From positions 62,682,001 to 62,746,000 of the forward strand of contig OX597816.1 in assembly GCA_951406725.2 (NCBI GenBank): 64,000 nucleotides of DNA, given 5' to 3'. This document shows positions 58,316 to 64,000 of this stretch, piece after piece. The notes beneath the pieces were generated by a model that was not told the DNA's origin, did not search any database, and saw only the letters and a program-made list of their open reading frames with translations. How positions within the stretch are numbered: position 1 is the stretch's first letter; the number at the start of each line of letters is the position of its first letter. This stretch comes from Octopus vulgaris (lineage: Eukaryota). The position numbers and the translations under genes were made by a program.

Positions 58316-60817
58316 AACCTTCACAAAAATAAAATGTCGCCATGTGTCTATGTTTGAATTCAAAAGGTTTTGCTCTCCCTAAATGCCCATCCTTAAAGAC
58401 TGAGGGAAAATCCCACATAAAAACTACTTTATAAAGTGGTTTTATAAAGGTCTTTCAATCTTAGTAACCAATAACATTTGTAGAAATCTATTGATCTAAT
58501 GTATATATTATCTGTAGATCTTTGTATGATACATTAAGTAAATAAATGATTTACATTCTTTAGATAGAAAAACGCAATTAAAACAACTAATAGGACATCG
58601 CAGATTCTATGTAGGATATGTTCTCTGGTTTCTAAGCAAACAACTCCGTCCCCACTGGGCTTTAATTTCATCATTATGAAAACTGAATATAGAAATGAAA
58701 CTTGTCTCTTAGCAGGTGATATGTTGTTCAGAAAACCGAGACTGTGATCAATTTTAAATTCTATTTTGATACAATATTCCCACATTTTACGATTAGCACT
58801 GATTTAGAGAAGTTGTCATACTGAGAGAAAAATGATTTACTTTCTATTTTTATCCAACGTCTGTGTGTTTAATATGTTCACAAAATCTCGGCTAATTATA
58901 AATCGAAGTAGCAAAGCAATTACTTCCATGATTCTATGTAGATTTTTCTAATATAAAAAGCAACAAATGATAACACATCTATTAAAAACACTCTCTCTTA
59001 GCATGAATCATGGATCTCAGTAAATCCGGCTTACATGATTTAAATATGTTCTACGTTTCGTTCGTTCCATTAATTTGTATATAAATTCGGTGAAATGCCT
59101 TACTGTAACTAAGTATTTATCTTGATAATTTCAGTGATGCAAATGTCTCTGAAGTTTTGCACAAGTATCGCATCCAGGTGCAACCTGGACGTGCCAATCT
59201 TATCTCCTTGAAATTTCAGGCCGAAAATATCCCACCAATGAGTTCGTGCCAATCTTCCCTGTCTTCTACACTAAAAGGTCTGTAGTGCTACATATGCAAA
59301 GAAACTGATATTGTTCCTTTATACTTGTAAATATAAACATCACATAATTAGAACCCATAAAGGTAGCTACAAGTACTACGTCTTATATGGATCGTCCCTG
59401 ACCAAAACACAGCTTTGACATAGCAAAAAAATTACATCGCAAGGAAGTACCAGAAAATACTTCAGTTCTCAACAGTTGTTATTTCTATGAAAAGCTCAAG
59501 CGAAGTTCACGAAAATACTGATTCCTCATCGAAGATGGTATTGCTGCTACGCAGATATCCTAGATTACATCCGAAAAAGAAAGGGCACCCTGTCGGTTGT
59601 CGTTTACCAACGCAGATCAAATTCCACCTCACTCTACTCTAATGGCCTTTGTCCATTAGAGTTAACCAGTCTCAAGCCATTTATACCAAGGCCTGTGTGA
59701 CTAAAGCTTCTTACCTTATCTCCTCATCCACACTGTGCCTCCCTCCTGTACAGTTCCCCCATACTAACTATTAAGCTGAATCCGCTCTTCCTACTCATAA
59801 CATCAAACGTCTAGAGTTCACTTTGTGTCATAACGTAAAGTATCATACATGTTGATCTCATCGTCTCTCCTGGATGATCTGCGAGTGTCACGGGATCAAT
59901 TGTGTCCCCTAGACCCAAACGCTAACCATTAAAATGTTTCTTCTCTATGTATACGTCAATTTTCATAACACCGAAACCTCATGCTTTTGGATTCAAGTCA
60001 ATGCGCAATATCTTGTGCAAGAGCCTTCTGCTGTGCACCAGTGTCTCCTGGTAGACGAAATAGGTGTTGAGGCCGGTCAAAGGGAGAGTCCATGTTTTGA
60101 GGTAGCAGACCTAATCTCTCATCTAATATCTAATTTAACCCAGTTCTAAGCTGCATTCAGCAAATTCCTATCTTTTATAATCATTCAGGACAAAGCTCCA
60201 AATATTTAGTAAATGGGGATCAAAATTGTTTATAGGCAACAAAAACAAGGCAGAAAATATTTCGATTCAGACAATCGCTTCCAGTAATATATTCCTTCTG
60301 TTTGGAGAGTTCCTGTTTCGTATGTAAATTCCCTTAGCTCAGATGCAATGAAATTTATATCCATTTTGTGCAGTCATACTTAGTGTGATAATACTTTAGC
60401 ACCTTGTAATATCATTTTCAGAGACATCTGATTTTGTTTTCAAAGCAACAAAATATTCAATTTGCTTTTATATTCCTCAGATTTTACAAAATAATTTTTT
60501 TTCAATGGAATAGTGAGACATGAATTTCATAATGGTTTCCGATATAGGAACAGAATTGCATGTTTTGTGAAAGTAAGGTGAAAGATTTTTTTTATACATA
60601 CAAACACAAATACATACTTGCATACATACATACATTGTTTAATAGATTTCTGCAAATGTTATTGGTTATTAAGATTAAAAATCCTTTATAAAACCACTTT
60701 ATAAAGTAGTTTTTATGTGGGATTTTCCCTCTGTCTTTAAGGATGGGGGTTTAGGTAGAGCAAAACCTCTTGAATTCAAACATAGACACACGGCGACATT
60801 TTATTTTTGTGAAGGTT
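58316..60817. mobile_element. 2.5-kb DNA transposon relic with about 180-bp TIRs (piggyBac-like)
   Basis: 58316-58493 is the inverted copy of 60641-60817; CCT..AGG ends with near-TTAA flanks; weak VVC..ICDV motif on minus near the left end. Confidence 0.65.
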
Positions 60818-60819
60818 AT

Positions 60820-61041
60820 AGGCGTAGGAGTGGCTGTGTGGTAAGTAGCTTGCTTACGAACTACATGGTCCCGGGTTCTGTCCCACTGCGTGGCACCTTG
60901 AGCAAGTGTCTTCTACTATAGCCTCGGGCCGACCAAAGCCTTGAGTGGATTTGGTAGACGGAAACTAAAAGAAGCCCGTCGTATATATGTATATGTATAT
61001 ATATGTATGTGTGTATATATTTGTGTGTGCCCCCCCCCAAC
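60820..61041 (+). mobile_element. Family B SINE, 5' part
   Basis: Family B head through the microsatellite to cccccccaacat. Confidence 0.88.
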
Positions 61042-61989
61042 ATTAGAAAGCAAGAAGTGTAGAAACAAGCAAGGGCCAATAATAATTGGAGCACTTGGTT
61101 GTGTAAGCAAATACCTAAACTGTCAGTCGAGATAAGCTTGGCTTTTCAGAAAAAGAAATCAACCGATTCGCACCTTACAAATGCAATTTGTATGCGGAAC
61201 AGTAAAGCTATGCAAGACTTTTCTCAGGTTTAAAAGGTGACATCGTTTTTGTTATCTACATTCCAATTATGGAGCTTTGTATCTTTGTTAGAAACCAGCT
61301 CCTTCGTCAGAGGAAGAATTTTAATGATTAAATACAGTAAAGACATACGTACATTTCTATGCCCAGGTGAAATATTCACACAACAAAATAAAAAGAAAAT
61401 GAAAGCCAAAATCAACCCGTCGACTTCAGGGGAATTTGGACTTAATAATATACGTTGAGGATATATTTTCTATCATTATTTGAAATACCAACAAACATTG
61501 ATTCAGTCATCTGCCTATGAGATACGAAGCAGTAGTTTTTCAGTATGTAGTTTAATGACACTTTTCTTAAATGAATAAAATCGGGAGCTTTAATGAGGTT
61601 TTTCGTCCTACTAAAAATAACAGTAAAGAAAACCATATTGCACAAACTAGACCTTGAAAAGCAAAAGAACAGAACATGTCATAACTGTGATAAATTCCGC
61701 TCTATATGTGTCTAAACTATCCACATTTGCCTGGAGCTAAGCAACAAGAAACAGATTAATATTTTTGTTCTCTCTCCCTTTCTATTTCCCACACACCCCT
61801 CTCTCACTCCCTCTCTCTCTCTCTCACACACACACATAGACACACATAGACACACTAACTCACAATCTTCAAACAACGCAACTACCTAAACCAGTGCTCC
61901 CTACCTGGGTCCATGGTGGTCCGTAAAGGTAGCATTGGGGGTTTATGTACTAAATTCAAAATTTCATATATATATATATATATATATGT

Positions 61990-62213
61990 ATAAAGTAGTT
62001 GTATACTGTCAACTTAATGTGACAGTCTCATGAAGGTAATCATACTACTGCTATTTAGCCCTAGGAAGCAGCAACGCTTCCTGTCGGCCATGACACATTT
62101 CCTGTGTCCTCATGTTTGCAATGGTGAGATTACTGTCACATTAAGTTGACAGTATACAACTATTTTATCGTACCACTATTGCCTAAATCTCTCTGAAATA
62201 TTTAAAATGTATC

Positions 62214-62218
<5 letters not shown>
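61990..62218. mobile_element. Fold-back element between (TA)n tracts
   Basis: Arms 61990-62028 and 62134-62169 (tagttgtatactgtcaacttaatgtgacagt). Confidence 0.7.
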
Positions 62219-62301
<83 letters not shown>

Positions 62302-62346
62302 GTATGTAACGTCAACTTCGGCAGGACTAGAACTCAGAACGTGAGA

Positions 62347-62488
62347 CAGCGGTTCGGCAAAAGAGACCGATAAAATAAGTAGTAGGTTTACAAAGAAAAA
62401 GTCTTGGGTCGATTTGCTTGACTAAAAGCGGTGTCCCAGCATGGCCGCAGTCAAAATGACTCTAAGAAGTAAAAAAAGAGTAAAGAGT
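62347..62488 (+). mobile_element. Family B SINE, 3' part
   Basis: agcggttcggcaaaagagaccgat..ccagcatggccgcagtc. Confidence 0.82.
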
Positions 62489-62555
62489 GTGTGTGTGTGT
62501 GTGTATGTGTGTTTGTGTATGTGTATGTGTGTGTTTGTGTATGTGTTGATGTGTG

Positions 62556-62589
<34 letters not shown>

Positions 62590-62958
62590 AGTGTGTGTAT
62601 TGTGTATGTGCTTGTTTCTTTTTGTGTTCCGTCATTCCACTTCTTATTGGAATTTCGTGTCAGGAAATTGTGTGATCACTTTCTGGGTTCGAGTCTCTGT
62701 GGAGTTATATTTGAATAACTATTAAGCTTTAGTGTCAGGAACGGTATCCGACTGTCATGTAATGTTTTAATAAGATATTCGTCGAACCTATGCTGGCATG
62801 GAAATCAACAAACTCATATCAACATATGTGTGTATGTGTGTGCACTTGCATATGAATATCTATACGTATAGACTAATAGATTTATATACGTATATCCATT
62901 TGTGTGTGCCTGTGTGTAAATGTACCTGCATATTTACATATGTAGGTGTGTATGAGTT

Positions 62959-63015
<57 letters not shown>

Positions 63016-63092
63016 TTATATATATATATATATACACACATATATATATATTTGTGTGCGTGCATATATACATGTATATGTAAATATACGCG

Positions 63093-63129
<37 letters not shown>

Positions 63130-63159
63130 TTGTATGTATATATATATATATATATATAC

Positions 63160-63202
<43 letters not shown>

Positions 63203-63205
<3 letters not shown>

Positions 63206-63575
63206 GCAGGAGTGGATGTGTGGTAAGTAGTTTGCTTACCAACCACGCGGTTCCGGGTTCAGTCCCAGTACGTGGCACCTCGGGCCGACCAAAGCCTTGT
63301 GATTGGATTTGGTAGGCGGAAACCCAAAGAAGCCCGTCGTATATATGTGTATATATATGTGTGTGTGTGTGTATGTTTGTATGTCTATGTTTGGCCCCCT
63401 TAGCATATATATATATGTCCCCGTCACTTTGCGGTTCGGCAAAAGAGACCAATAGAATAAGTGCTGGGCTTACGAAGAATAAGCCATGGGGTCGAGTTGC
63501 TCGACTAAAGGCGGTGCTCCAGCATGGCCGCAGTCAAATGACTGAAACAAGTAAAGGAGTAAAAGAGTAAAGAGT
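63203..63575 (+). mobile_element. Family B SINE with small internal deletions
   Basis: Head, central block and ggcggtgctccagcatggccgcagtcaaatgactgaaac tail. Confidence 0.88.
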
Positions 63576-63627
63576 ATATACACAGACATGTGTATACAAT
63601 CGTATAATACGCCCATAGACACACACA

Positions 63628-63709
<82 letters not shown>

Positions 63710-64000
63710 AATATATATTTATTCGAAGATAGACACACATACACACATACACATAAATATCCACATATATATATATATATATATGTACGTACATACATAG
63801 CTTATAGATGCTTATGCGTAAGTATGACATCAGCTAATACAGTTACATTGTTGCAGTCACATGATTATAGCATTTATTTACTTTGCGCATGATTAACTGT
63901 ACTTAATATTCCTCTCGAAATTACATAAATGCAATTTTGCTGCTTCTAATTTTTTTTTACTCATTCCTCAAACTAACTTAATTCTTTTCTAAGTGGAAGA

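Overview
AT-rich, microsatellite-dense animal DNA; the repeat content suggests an octopod cephalopod such as Octopus (inference, no search run). I find no intact host gene, and most listed ORFs are translations of (TA)n/(CA)n tracts. The window holds a 5'-truncated CR1-type LINE, four Penelope-like element (PLE) relics, several mariner relics and MITEs, two Helitrons, a long-TIR piggyBac-like relic and about 25 tRNA-derived SINE copies from four families. The main unexplained signal is a recurrent class of non-coding insertions in (TA)n tracts. They form tail-out inverted repeats, and many carry minimal type I hammerhead ribozyme (HHR) motifs near the fold-back point. The largest is a 545-bp HHR unit in 3 tandem plus about 1.75 inverted copies (3074-5654), resembling a retrozyme/circular RNA that was reverse-transcribed into the genome. 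Coding PLEs here share this architecture and are the candidate mobilisers. One Penelope family also carries a tRNA-derived Pol III head upstream of its HHR.
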